Shown in pieces: positions 7,617 to 17,026 of a stretch of 58,852 nucleotides of DNA. The notes beneath the pieces are model-generated. The model was given only the letters and a program-made list of their open reading frames with translations, did not search any database and was not told the origin of the DNA. Position 1 is the stretch's first letter. Each line of letters opens with the position of its first letter. Origin of the DNA: an uncultured Candidatus Saccharimonadales bacterium (GTDB lineage: Bacteria > Patescibacteriota > Saccharimonadia > UBA4664 > SCTI01); contig CAZWEJ010000002.1 of NCBI GenBank assembly GCA_964632435.1, forward strand, positions 1 through 58,852, given 5' to 3'. The translations under genes were made by a program, and so were the position numbers.

Positions 7617-9083
7617 TTACGTTCCATAGTTGGTCAGTAGCATTGAAAGATCTGTCATGTCTACCTTCCCATCGCGATTGATATCACTACATTCGGTGGT
7701 GGGCTTACCATAGGCAGAAAGTAGTATTGATAGATCAAATACATCTACCAAGCCGTCCTTGTTAACATCACCCTGTTTTGCTGAACAAGTTTGAGGTGGC
7801 GTTGATCCCGTAAAGAACTCATCCGCTCCCGCGTCACAATTAGAACCCTGTGGTCGAGAATTGTTGTCTATATCTCGCGAGCCCACATCGGGCCCCGTAC
7901 AATAATCGGATGCCGTATTTGGCTCCGCTGCATCAATTGCCGGCGACCCAGTGTTGAGCTTTCCTCCAGAACCAAGACCTAGGCTACTCATACTTGACCC
8001 GCTCACTCTAAGGTCTGAGCCACAAGTAAAGGCTGTTGATCTGTAAAAAACATTCTTTATATGAGTACCGCTACAGCCTGGATAAGAACCTATGTTACCT
8101 ACCCACATAGCACTTCCGCCTGTACACTGAAGCAGCATTGGTTGGTAAAAAGTGTTGTACAGATACTGCCAGTTGCACGTCAGAACATTAGTATGCGTTT
8201 GAAGAGCGTAACTGCCATTAACGGGCTCAAAAATATTGTTTATCAACTTTAAGCCATTAGCGGCAGTACTTGATGTATCTGTATTCGTTACAAAAATATG
8301 ACCAGACCCTGCATCCGAACCGGAGAGGAACCAGGAATTCTTAACCGTTAAGTTTTGAGCCCCCTGGACTCTGATCAGCTCAAGGTGAAAAGTATTATCA
8401 AGACCGCAACTTGGATCTGTATTAATTGCTGCTTTCTGTGGATTAAACCTGATTCCATCAAATGTTGCGCCGTTTCCATCAAGCCACACTCCTTGCCCAT
8501 CATACTGATCACATCTGCGTATTCCGCCAGTTGTCCCGTTTTGACCAAACGATCCATCCTTCCACATAAAGTTATTACCGTTAACTGCCATACTTATGAA
8601 CTGTCCGTAAAGACTCACATTTTGAAGTTTAACGTCGTCCGCGTCTATAGATACGTTATATCCATGAGAATTTCCAACATCAATAATAATATTTTCCATA
8701 CTGAAATATTGTGCACGCACATCTAAGCCGGCAATCTTAACCCCATCCTCTCCAATAACCCTACATCCTGGAGATGCCTGGGTCCCAGATATTGAATTTA
8801 TTCTCTGTGATAAATAGGTATTCGCATTGGCTTTAACTACAATCGTTTGGCCGGGAGAACATCTTTGCCATGCCATATCTATACTTACACAAGCTCCCGA
8901 ATCACTATAAGCCCCACCTGAGTTTAGTTGCTGGCTGCAAGTACCTCCGTTGGCATCAACCCAAAAGTTCGCAGTTGTTGGAGCTCCTTGAGCGGGGGAA
9001 AACGACTGAAAAGCGGCAAATATCCCACCCACCAAAATAAGAGCCATAAATGCTAGTGTTTTTGGCTTTTTAAAAACTTTCAT
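7617..9083 (-). CDS. Secreted right-handed beta-helix protein with C-terminal dockerin module
   Basis: Signal peptide (MKVFKKPKTLAFMALILVGG...AQG). Repetitive beta-helix-like middle region. C-terminal pair of EF-hand-like segments, DVNKDGLVDVFDLSILL and DINRDGKVDMTDLSMLL. Confidence 0.75.
   Translation of the reverse strand: MKVFKKPKTLAFMALILVGGIFAAFQSFSPAQGAPTTANFWVDANGGTCSQQLNSGGAYSDSGACVSIDMAWQRCSPGQTIVVKANANTYLSQRINSISGTQASPGCRVIGEDGVKIAGLDVRAQYFSMENIIIDVGNSHGYNVSIDADDVKLQNVSLYGQFISMAVNGNNFMWKDGSFGQNGTTGGIRRCDQYDGQGVWLDGNGATFDGIRFNPQKAAINTDPSCGLDNTFHLELIRVQGAQNLTVKNSWFLSGSDAGSGHIFVTNTDTSSTAANGLKLINNIFEPVNGSYALQTHTNVLTCNWQYLYNTFYQPMLLQCTGGSAMWVGNIGSYPGCSGTHIKNVFYRSTAFTCGSDLRVSGSSMSSLGLGSGGKLNTGSPAIDAAEPNTASDYCTGPDVGSRDIDNNSRPQGSNCDAGADEFFTGSTPPQTCSAKQGDVNKDGLVDVFDLSILLSAYGKPTTECSDINRDGKVDMTDLSMLLTNYGT
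7685..7787. repeat. Near-identical dockerin-coding segment, copy 1
   Basis: About 103 nt that differ at 3 positions from 9199-9301. Confidence 0.85.
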
Positions 9084-9130
9084 CGAATATGCCGTAACTT
9101 GTTAAAAATCATCATATTTAATTATAACTC

Positions 9131-11584
9131 TTATGTTCCATACTTTGTGAGCAGCGAGGATAGGTCAACCATATCTACTTTGCCGTCCCTGTTGATGTCA
9201 CTACATTCGGTGGTGGGCTTACCATAGGCAGAAAGTAGTATTGAAAGATCAAATACGTCTACTAAGCCGTCCTTGTTAACATCACCCTGTTTTGCTGAAC
9301 AGGTTGTAGTTGAATTTAGGTTGGGCGGGGGATTAAGTACCTGCATCTTATCCCATGGGAAGTTTGAGGCGAAGGCAGTGCTATTTCCTGTGCCGATGCC
9401 CGTACCATTCCAAAGAGCAGTACCTCCACGGTTAATTGTATTCTCGCCATAAACACCCAAAGTTCCACCATTGTCCCTGATGATCATTCCATGGTTCTGC
9501 ATGGCTTTTGCTACAGTTTTTTGCCAGGCCGGAAGTGCAGGAGTAATTGCATCAATATTGATACTTGGGTCAAGGCGCATCCAAGTTCCCTCGGGCAAAT
9601 AATTAGCGTTACAATCGGCCATGTAATCCGCAACTGTGCTGTAACCGAGCCCAAGGGCTTGTGCTTCGGCATCGGTTTGATACCAGTAATTACATGTATT
9701 TTGATTATGCAGACCCGGGAATTTGAAAGATGATGAATTGCCTCCTATGGACCTGTGCGAAATTTGAAGTGTTTCGTTAATAACCCCGGCATTAAGATTT
9801 TCTGGGGTTATTAGACCTCGCCTCAATGGTGTGTTTGCAGCATTACCTCCCCATCCTCCTGTGCCTTCATTAACTGCCCCTAAGGGGAACTTAATTGCAG
9901 CCGATGCAGAAGAAATTCTTTGAGTAGTTGAGTCATACTTAGCCTGCCAAAAATCAGTTTCTGTGCCCGCCGCGACATCTCTAACTGTTAAGTGACCATC
10001 TCCTCCTGGATCGGGCTTTGTGCCAAGCGGTATTCTTACAGATATACTACCCCCTTGATCAGTCAGCGGGATTGAATAAGTTGGGTCGCTAGCAGTTGCA
10101 ACTGCAGTTGCAACTGCGTAGCTGTTGATCACAGCATTTGGACTTACTTTGGCATACTTTATCCACTTTGAAATCGCGGTCGCAGAATTTGTGGCAACGG
10201 TTGCATTTCGGGCATCCCACGACCAGTTTGAGAAATTGCTTGCTGTTGACGACTTATACTCATACGCGCCCGCGTCCGCAGCCGATCCTTGAGGACGAGA
10301 AGTTCCGAGAAAATCGTTTGAGGGGTAGTCACTGGGTACGTTATCTATTGCGGCACTTCCAGTCGTCACAAACATGCTGTCTGGGTAAGAATTGCCACCG
10401 GCAAATTTTATTGCTGCTGCGGTTGTATTAGTATCGTTTGTCGAACACCTGCTTCCATCTAATATGTTTTTACTCCAAGTGTCAGAAGATAAGTTTGAGC
10501 AGCCCTGATCTGACCATCCTCCTAAAATAATATTATTCTTCCAGGCCCTGTTTGCTCCACAAGTTCCCGGGCAGTCCCCCTCTTTTACCTGAATTCCTCC
10601 TTTAATTGTGTTATTGCGATATATTCCAGAGGCAGACGCAACGCTAATACTGTAATACCCGCAACCACTAATCCCATTTACAGAACTATCAAAAAAGTTA
10701 TTCTCAAACTCAACTTGAGCAGGGTTAGCATCGTTGTAACGCCAATTTATGCATTCATTATTGTAAAAAAGAGAGTTACGAACATTCATTCCAGTCCATT
10801 TAACTGTCGATGGGACGCCTCCTCCACGCCACATAAATACACCGTCCGGGTGATCAACTGATTGAGTTGCCCTGACACCATGCATATTTATTCCATCCAG
10901 AGTTATGTTGCTTGGAGCCGAAACACTTCCTGAAGATTGTTGAACAATCCCAATACCCCATCCATTACTAAAAGGCGCACTTGTTACTGAAGGGAAGCCA
11001 AGAGGCTGTACAGTATACTTTTCTAGCTTTATATCCTGAGAGTTTGAAATATAAGTCTGATTGTTTGCTTCGAAATTCGATAGCCGAATGTCTTTTGCTT
11101 CCTGAATTGCTGGCCCTCCCGTAACATGAAAGCCATCGAAGTTTACTCCTCCATAAGTATTTGCCGTACTGCTACCAATTGATAGCCCCGCAAGAGTTAC
11201 AGAGCCAGGGCCGCCATCAGCAATAAACTGGATGTTATTATCAAAATTGCTGTCCCTAGTTAGACCATTTCTTGTAACTGACTGTGACCCATAGGTTCCC
11301 GGCAAGACACGTATAGAATCTCCTCCACTCGCAATTCCTAGGGCTGCGCTAAATGACTTACAGAGTGTCACTCCTGAACTATCTGGGCTTACCGTTGGAG
11401 TCGAAAATCTTTTGCAGTTTGAACCGGCATCGTTTCCATTAGAAGCTATCCAAATATTGGCAGTATCACCGTTAGCTGCCAGGCTGCGATAAATCAGATA
11501 AATACCAAAGAGAATAAACAACGCAAGAAACGCTAGCAAATTGCGTTTGCTTAAAGTCTGTTTTTTGAGCAAAGTTGTTGGCAT
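9131..11584 (-). CDS. Secreted beta-helix protein with C-terminal dockerin module (larger paralog)
   Basis: Signal anchor after the probable start MPTTLLKKQ (the ORF extends to 11608). Beta-helix-like repeats and the same dockerin as 7617-9083. Confidence 0.75.
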   Translation of the reverse strand: MPTTLLKKQTLSKRNLLAFLALFILFGIYLIYRSLAANGDTANIWIASNGNDAGSNCKRFSTPTVSPDSSGVTLCKSFSAALGIASGGDSIRVLPGTYGSQSVTRNGLTRDSNFDNNIQFIADGGPGSVTLAGLSIGSSTANTYGGVNFDGFHVTGGPAIQEAKDIRLSNFEANNQTYISNSQDIKLEKYTVQPLGFPSVTSAPFSNGWGIGIVQQSSGSVSAPSNITLDGINMHGVRATQSVDHPDGVFMWRGGGVPSTVKWTGMNVRNSLFYNNECINWRYNDANPAQVEFENNFFDSSVNGISGCGYYSISVASASGIYRNNTIKGGIQVKEGDCPGTCGANRAWKNNIILGGWSDQGCSNLSSDTWSKNILDGSRCSTNDTNTTAAAIKFAGGNSYPDSMFVTTGSAAIDNVPSDYPSNDFLGTSRPQGSAADAGAYEYKSSTASNFSNWSWDARNATVATNSATAISKWIKYAKVSPNAVINSYAVATAVATASDPTYSIPLTDQGGSISVRIPLGTKPDPGGDGHLTVRDVAAGTETDFWQAKYDSTTQRISSASAAIKFPLGAVNEGTGGWGGNAANTPLRRGLITPENLNAGVINETLQISHRSIGGNSSSFKFPGLHNQNTCNYWYQTDAEAQALGLGYSTVADYMADCNANYLPEGTWMRLDPSINIDAITPALPAWQKTVAKAMQNHGMIIRDNGGTLGVYGENTINRGGTALWNGTGIGTGNSTAFASNFPWDKMQVLNPPPNLNSTTTCSAKQGDVNKDGLVDVFDLSILLSAYGKPTTECSDINRDGKVDMVDLSSLLTKYGT
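9199..9301. repeat. Near-identical dockerin-coding segment, copy 2
   Basis: See 7685-7787. Confidence 0.85.
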
Positions 11585-11628
11585 GGTTATACTTATAAGC
11601 ATTACCATTATACCTGGTCGAATCTTAT

Positions 11629-13368
11629 TTAGTTAAATTGAGGCTTATTAGGGAAGTCTTCGCTCGACTTGTAATTCGTATAGAAAGTATCAGTCTTAAC
11701 TACCTGGCCACCAACCACAACGTCCCGGTAGAACACTGTTCTTGATGGTTGCTTTGGATCTGGCCCGCCGCTCAAGAATGTTGGCCCCCTAACGACCCCC
11801 TCTTTCTCCTTGGTTCCATAAAACTGGAACTTCAAAGTCGTTCCCTGCATGATCGTCTGTATATATATGAAGTGTGCTGTGTCGTTCTTAAACTTAAAGT
11901 CTACTTGAGGATAGTAAATTGTGGCATCAACTCCTGGAACCCCGTATGGAGCCGTATAGTAACTGACCGCAAAAGAGTGATTAACGCGCTCTAGAATTGG
12001 GAGACCAGCATTGAGCGCCGCCCGAAAAGCCGTACTCGAAACCTGACACAAACCACCACCGTATTGAAGCTCCTGGCGGTTTCCAAGGATCACCTTCGCT
12101 GGTGCATACCCTGTTTCCGGCCCAACATCACCTAAAATTTTACCGAAAGAAAATACCTCACCTGGCTTAATGATCACGCCATTAAACTTTGATTGCCCTG
12201 CACGAACATTCTGCATTCTCTCTGGCGGTGAACCCGGGAAGTAGCTTACTCCCTCGCTAATCATCTCCTTGATTCCCAATTCGGCTAAAGCATCTTCGCG
12301 AATTGCTGCCTTGGTCACTTTGGTTGGGATCACAACCTTGCGATCTCCATTGGGATTGACCACAACCTCAACTATCTTCTTGGTTGCTGCTGGCGTATCA
12401 ACTTGTAATCCGTCTTGGCTAGCCCGAGCAATTCCTAGCGAACCATTATTCATGGTAAGTTGTGCATCAACTGGCTCACGGTTGATGCTACTTGCAAGCT
12501 GCTGCGCAAAAGCCTCAACCTTGGCTTTGTTTAGCTCAAGCTCAACTGCGCTCTGGGAAGGAGCCGGGTAAAATGACTCGAGTGGAATCAGCGGAAGGTC
12601 TGTCTTGCTACCGAGAACCACGACATCAACCCAGCTCAGAATTTGAGCCTGATCAATCGTCTTATTGAAGCTCCCGGCGGTCACAGTCACAGGACTCGAG
12701 ACATACTCATCAACCTGGTGCTTTGTTTCCTCAAGAGCCGACTCTTTGATGGTTGGATCAAGATTATAAACCGGCGCATTTATGGTTCCTGCTTTGCCAG
12801 CGGCAATCTGCTTCTTGATCGCAAGAACAAGCAGACCGCGATCAAGTCGCTTACCAGGCTGAGACTCAGCAACGGATACTTTGTTGTCGGCGAAGTTAAG
12901 AGAGGCATTTGCAACCGGCTTGTTGAGTTCGGCATCAACTGTCGATACGTACGGGGTGAGCTTTGCGTCGTCGACCTCAAGCTTAGTAATAGTTGTGGGT
13001 CGCCAAAAAAGAGCTCGTAGCCTTGCATGAAGGTTCTCGCTCAGCTCACCACTGCGGCCGTATCGATATGCCTCTTCGTATGCTTCTTCTGGGTATCCAA
13101 CTCCCAGACCTTTTGTAGGGATCTTTATGGTTGTGTTGTTGTATTGAACCGCAATCTCGTAATTCGTATCTTTGGCGGCTTGCTCAAGCTTTTGCTGGGC
13201 TTCTTTTGGCGTTAGACCACCAACGTAAACCCCATTAAGGCTAACCCCGGGGTAGATTTTCCCGGTATTTATTATCGAGAAAAGCCCGATTACCAACACG
13301 GCGGCGGCAAACGTGCCAACCAGCACGTATGTAATCCTTTGTGATGATAATTGCTTTAGCTTTGACAT
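11629..13368 (-). CDS. VanW family protein (membrane anchored)
   Basis: N-terminal TM helix. C-terminal VanW-type segment YGGGLCQVSSTAFRAALNAGLPILERVNHSF. Confidence 0.8.
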   Translation of the reverse strand: MSKLKQLSSQRITYVLVGTFAAAVLVIGLFSIINTGKIYPGVSLNGVYVGGLTPKEAQQKLEQAAKDTNYEIAVQYNNTTIKIPTKGLGVGYPEEAYEEAYRYGRSGELSENLHARLRALFWRPTTITKLEVDDAKLTPYVSTVDAELNKPVANASLNFADNKVSVAESQPGKRLDRGLLVLAIKKQIAAGKAGTINAPVYNLDPTIKESALEETKHQVDEYVSSPVTVTAGSFNKTIDQAQILSWVDVVVLGSKTDLPLIPLESFYPAPSQSAVELELNKAKVEAFAQQLASSINREPVDAQLTMNNGSLGIARASQDGLQVDTPAATKKIVEVVVNPNGDRKVVIPTKVTKAAIREDALAELGIKEMISEGVSYFPGSPPERMQNVRAGQSKFNGVIIKPGEVFSFGKILGDVGPETGYAPAKVILGNRQELQYGGGLCQVSSTAFRAALNAGLPILERVNHSFAVSYYTAPYGVPGVDATIYYPQVDFKFKNDTAHFIYIQTIMQGTTLKFQFYGTKEKEGVVRGPTFLSGGPDPKQPSRTVFYRDVVVGGQVVKTDTFYTNYKSSEDFPNKPQFN

Positions 13369-13395
13369 AGGTATTTTTAGTATACCTAATTTAAG

Positions 13396-14457
13396 CTATT
13401 TTTTGGGATTTCTCGCTTGAATTCGCTTCGCCGCCTCTCCTACAAGCTGGGATTTCTCTTTAGCGCAAACCAATAAGCCGTTTGGACTATCCACCACTAC
13501 GACTCCACTGAGGCCAATCACAACGACAGGTTTATCAGAGCCATGAACCATTACGTCCTCGCTGTCAATTAGCTCGACATCACCATTGAGGGAGTTTGAA
13601 TCTTTGTCCTGAAGAATATTGTGGAGGTCGAAGAACGAACCAATATCCGCCCAATCAAAAGTACCTGCCACTACCTCTAAGTTACTAGCCTTTTCAATCA
13701 ACGCGGTGTCGATGGGTTCGGATGGCAATTCAAGATAGGTATCTTGAATGCCAGTTCCAGCGGACTGTAATTGTTGATAGCGCTGATAAAGCTCCTTTGC
13801 ATCTTGCTGCATCGTGGCTGCGAACACCTGCTCAGGTGCTGCAAAAAGGCCCATATTCCACAGAAAATTACCACTTTCCATGTATTTTCTAGCAGTCGTT
13901 GCTTTAGGTTTTTCTTTAAACTGTTCGGCTTTATGGATCTCGATACCATTACTCTCACCAATCTTTTCGCCAAGCTCAATGTAGCCAAAACCTGTAGCAG
14001 GATAAGTCGGCTTAATACCAATAAGAGTAATGACTTGATGCTCGCGAGAGTTTTCGGCGGCTAAGGTTACTGTCTGTTGAAACGACTCTTCGGCGCTAAT
14101 GTGATGGTCCGCATGAAGAAACACAACCGGAGTATTTGAATTGTGCTTTTGTTTAATACGAGTAAGGGCTAATAGAATACAAGAGGCAGTACCTCTCCTT
14201 GCAGGCTCAACAATAACGTTCTCTTCTTTTAGCTCGGGGAGTTGACGTTGAACTTCTTCAGCGTGAGAAGCCTCAGTCACAACATAAACTTCGTCCGCAA
14301 TCTTAGCAGATCTAGAGAATGTGTTTTGAAGAAGAGATTTTTCGCCAGTCAACTTTAGTAAATGTTTTGGGTAGTTGGATTGTGAAAGCGGCCACAAGCG
14401 AGTGCCTGAGCCGCCGGCAATAATTGTAATGATCATTCCTTGATTATACACAACCAT
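13396..14457 (-). CDS. manC: Mannose-1-phosphate guanylyltransferase
   Basis: IIAGGSGTRLWPLS nucleotidyltransferase signature. The 353-aa size fits the short ManC/CpsB type. An alternative start is at 14436. Confidence 0.85.
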   Translation of the reverse strand: MVVYNQGMIITIIAGGSGTRLWPLSQSNYPKHLLKLTGEKSLLQNTFSRSAKIADEVYVVTEASHAEEVQRQLPELKEENVIVEPARRGTASCILLALTRIKQKHNSNTPVVFLHADHHISAEESFQQTVTLAAENSREHQVITLIGIKPTYPATGFGYIELGEKIGESNGIEIHKAEQFKEKPKATTARKYMESGNFLWNMGLFAAPEQVFAATMQQDAKELYQRYQQLQSAGTGIQDTYLELPSEPIDTALIEKASNLEVVAGTFDWADIGSFFDLHNILQDKDSNSLNGDVELIDSEDVMVHGSDKPVVVIGLSGVVVVDSPNGLLVCAKEKSQLVGEAAKRIQARNPKK

Positions 14458-14508
14458 TACTGGTATAATTTTAACGAACTCGGGGGCGAAAACAGATTGG
14501 CCAAAAAT

Positions 14509-15045
14509 ATGTTCAAAAACAAAAAAGTTCTAATTAGCGCACTTGTACTAGCGTTGGCTTTCGCTGGTGCCGGTTATTACGTGTATTCAAAGGATCAGCA
14601 GCAAAAAGAAGCTCAAAAAACTGACCAGCAGAAACTCCAGGAAGAGGAGCAAAAAGCTGGTGATCGAGATCCAAAAACTGAATCCGAGGCCTACCAGCGC
14701 CAGCAAAACTCAACATCAACTGGCGCGCAGTCTGGAAATTCAAGCTCCAATACGGCTGCCAATCCAACAATCACTCAACTAGGTCAGAGCGGAGATACAA
14801 TTTACGTTAACGCAATTGTTGATGGCCAAAAGAGCGGGACCTGTACTCTTGAAGCGACTAAGGCTGGGTCGGCAACTGTAACGAGGACAGCTCAACTTGG
14901 TCTAGTCACTTCGTATTACGCTTGCCAAGGATTCAATGTCGAACGATCTGCTTTTGGTTCCGCCGGAAACTGGAATGTAGTTGTAAAGTTTAGTAACGGT
15001 TCGGTATCTGGGACGTCAGAATCAAGGAGTTTAACGGTTCAATAA
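14509..15045 (+). CDS. Membrane-anchored hypothetical protein
   Basis: Probable start MFKNKKVLISALVLALAFAGAGYYVY (signal anchor), then a Q/E/S-rich linker and a small C-terminal domain with 2 Cys. Confidence 0.5.
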   Translation: MFKNKKVLISALVLALAFAGAGYYVYSKDQQQKEAQKTDQQKLQEEEQKAGDRDPKTESEAYQRQQNSTSTGAQSGNSSSNTAANPTITQLGQSGDTIYVNAIVDGQKSGTCTLEATKAGSATVTRTAQLGLVTSYYACQGFNVERSAFGSAGNWNVVVKFSNGSVSGTSESRSLTVQ

Positions 15046-15046
15046 T

Positions 15047-17026
15047 ATGAAGATGATTTTTGCTAAAAAACTTCTGCCCTCTGCCCTTTTATTAGCCGGG
15101 TTCTTCGTTTTTGGGAGCAGTAGCGCCCATGCTGCATTTGATGCAGGAAGAATTATTGATGATAGTGTTTTCACAAATAAAAGCGCTATGAGCGTTGGTG
15201 AAATTCAGAATTTTCTGAACTCAAAAGTTCCCGTATGCGACACAAACCACGCTCCGGGATCTGGATCTCAAGGCGAGCAGCCACCATGGGTATGCTTAAA
15301 AGACTTTAGTGAAAATGGGAAATCTGCTGCCCAAATTATCTGGGAGGCGGGTCAAACATACAACATAAACCCGCAAGTTATTTTGGTAACTCTTCAAAAA
15401 GAAAATGGCCTTATAACCGATACTTGGCCATACGACTGGCAATACCGTACCGCCATGGGGATGGGATGCCCAGATGGAGCTGCTTGCGACTCTCAATACT
15501 ATGGCTTTACTAACCAAGTAAACCAGGGTACTAGGCATCTAGCAGGCTTTTATAACCAAAACCCAGGTTGGTATATACCTTATCGACCCGGTTTGAGTTA
15601 TGTTAAATGGCACCCAAATGCTGCATGTGGCGGATCAAATGTTAACATCGTCAATCGAGCGACAGCATCTCTTTACTCGTACACTCCTTATCAACCTAAT
15701 GCAGCGGCATTAGCAAATATGTACGGCACAGGAGATGGATGTAGCTCTTATGGAAACAGAAACTTCTGGAGAGACTTTACAAGTTGGTTTGGTACCACAT
15801 ATACACCAACGTACGGATGGCAATTGGTAGGTCAATATGCTTACACCGACCAAACGATGACTGTTGGTAAAAGCACGACTGGAATGTTTCCAGGCGACAT
15901 GGTCTATGTTGGATTTAAAGCAAAGAACATGGGCTCAACTACTTGGACAAATAATGGATCCATTAAGGTTGGAACAATAGCACCAACTGATAGAAATAGT
16001 CCGTTCTGTAATGCTTGGGCTAATGGCTGTAATCGTCCCGCAATGCTCAAAGAAGCTAGCGTTGCACCTGGAGAGATTGGGACATTTGAGTTCTGGATGA
16101 AGGCACCAAATAATCCAGGAGTATATTTTGAAAGGTTCAGCTTAGTTGCTGAAGGCGTGGGGTGGATGAACGATCAGGGTCTTGGGTTCTATATGACAGT
16201 TGATCAACCAAGGTATACCTGGCAACTTCAAGATCAATACGCGTACACAGATCAGAATAAAACAACCGGAAAAGGTACTACTAATTTGTTGCCGGGAGAT
16301 AGAGTATATATTGGCTTCAAAGCAAAAAATACTGGTAATATGACTTGGAAAAAAACTGGTCCTGGCACTGTAAATGTAGGTATGACCAGGCCCCTCGACA
16401 GAGCAAGTCCATTTTATGAATCATCATGGCTGGGGACCAACAGACCAACCAGAATGATTGAATCTTCTGTCCCGCCCGGAGGCATTGGCACTTTTGAGTT
16501 CTGGATGAAAGCGCCGATTATTCCAGGTACATACTATGAGTATTTCTCATTAGTTGCCGAAGGTATTGCTTGGATGAACGATCCCGGAATGAACTTCTAC
16601 TCTACTGTTAACCAAGCCAAATACTCTTGGCAATTTATGGGTCAGTACGCGTACACAGATCAGAATAAAACAACAGGTAAATCAACAGTCGGTCTTGCGC
16701 CTGGCGAAAGAGTTTACGTCGGCTTTAAAGCAAAAAATACTGGTAATACTACATGGAGAAATACAAACCCTGGAAGCATCAATGTAGGCATGACCAGGCC
16801 CCTCGACAGAGCAAGCCCATTTTATGAATCATCATGGCTGGGGACCAACAGACCAACCAGAATGATTGAATCTTCTGTCCCGCCCGGAGGCATTGGCACT
16901 TTTGAGTTCTGGATGAAAGCGCCGATTATTCCAGGTACATACTATGAGTATTTCTCATTAGTTGCCGAAGGTATTGCTTGGATGAACGATCCCGGAATGA
17001 ACTTCTACTCTACTGTGCATCCATAA
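15047..17026 (+). CDS. Secreted protein: lysozyme-like N-terminal domain plus three ~136-aa Ig-like repeats
   Basis: Signal peptide ending SSAHA. N-terminal domain carries VILVTLQKENGLI, a hydrolase-like motif. Three tandem units each begin with Y(T/S)WQ...YAYTDQ. Confidence 0.7.
   Translation: MKMIFAKKLLPSALLLAGFFVFGSSSAHAAFDAGRIIDDSVFTNKSAMSVGEIQNFLNSKVPVCDTNHAPGSGSQGEQPPWVCLKDFSENGKSAAQIIWEAGQTYNINPQVILVTLQKENGLITDTWPYDWQYRTAMGMGCPDGAACDSQYYGFTNQVNQGTRHLAGFYNQNPGWYIPYRPGLSYVKWHPNAACGGSNVNIVNRATASLYSYTPYQPNAAALANMYGTGDGCSSYGNRNFWRDFTSWFGTTYTPTYGWQLVGQYAYTDQTMTVGKSTTGMFPGDMVYVGFKAKNMGSTTWTNNGSIKVGTIAPTDRNSPFCNAWANGCNRPAMLKEASVAPGEIGTFEFWMKAPNNPGVYFERFSLVAEGVGWMNDQGLGFYMTVDQPRYTWQLQDQYAYTDQNKTTGKGTTNLLPGDRVYIGFKAKNTGNMTWKKTGPGTVNVGMTRPLDRASPFYESSWLGTNRPTRMIESSVPPGGIGTFEFWMKAPIIPGTYYEYFSLVAEGIAWMNDPGMNFYSTVNQAKYSWQFMGQYAYTDQNKTTGKSTVGLAPGERVYVGFKAKNTGNTTWRNTNPGSINVGMTRPLDRASPFYESSWLGTNRPTRMIESSVPPGGIGTFEFWMKAPIIPGTYYEYFSLVAEGIAWMNDPGMNFYSTVHP
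16382..16608 (+). repeat. 227-nt near-identical tandem segment, copy 1 (period 408 nt)
   Basis: 226/227 identical to 16790-17016 by direct comparison. Confidence 0.9.
16790..17016 (+). repeat. 227-nt near-identical tandem segment, copy 2
   Basis: See 16382-16608. Confidence 0.9.
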
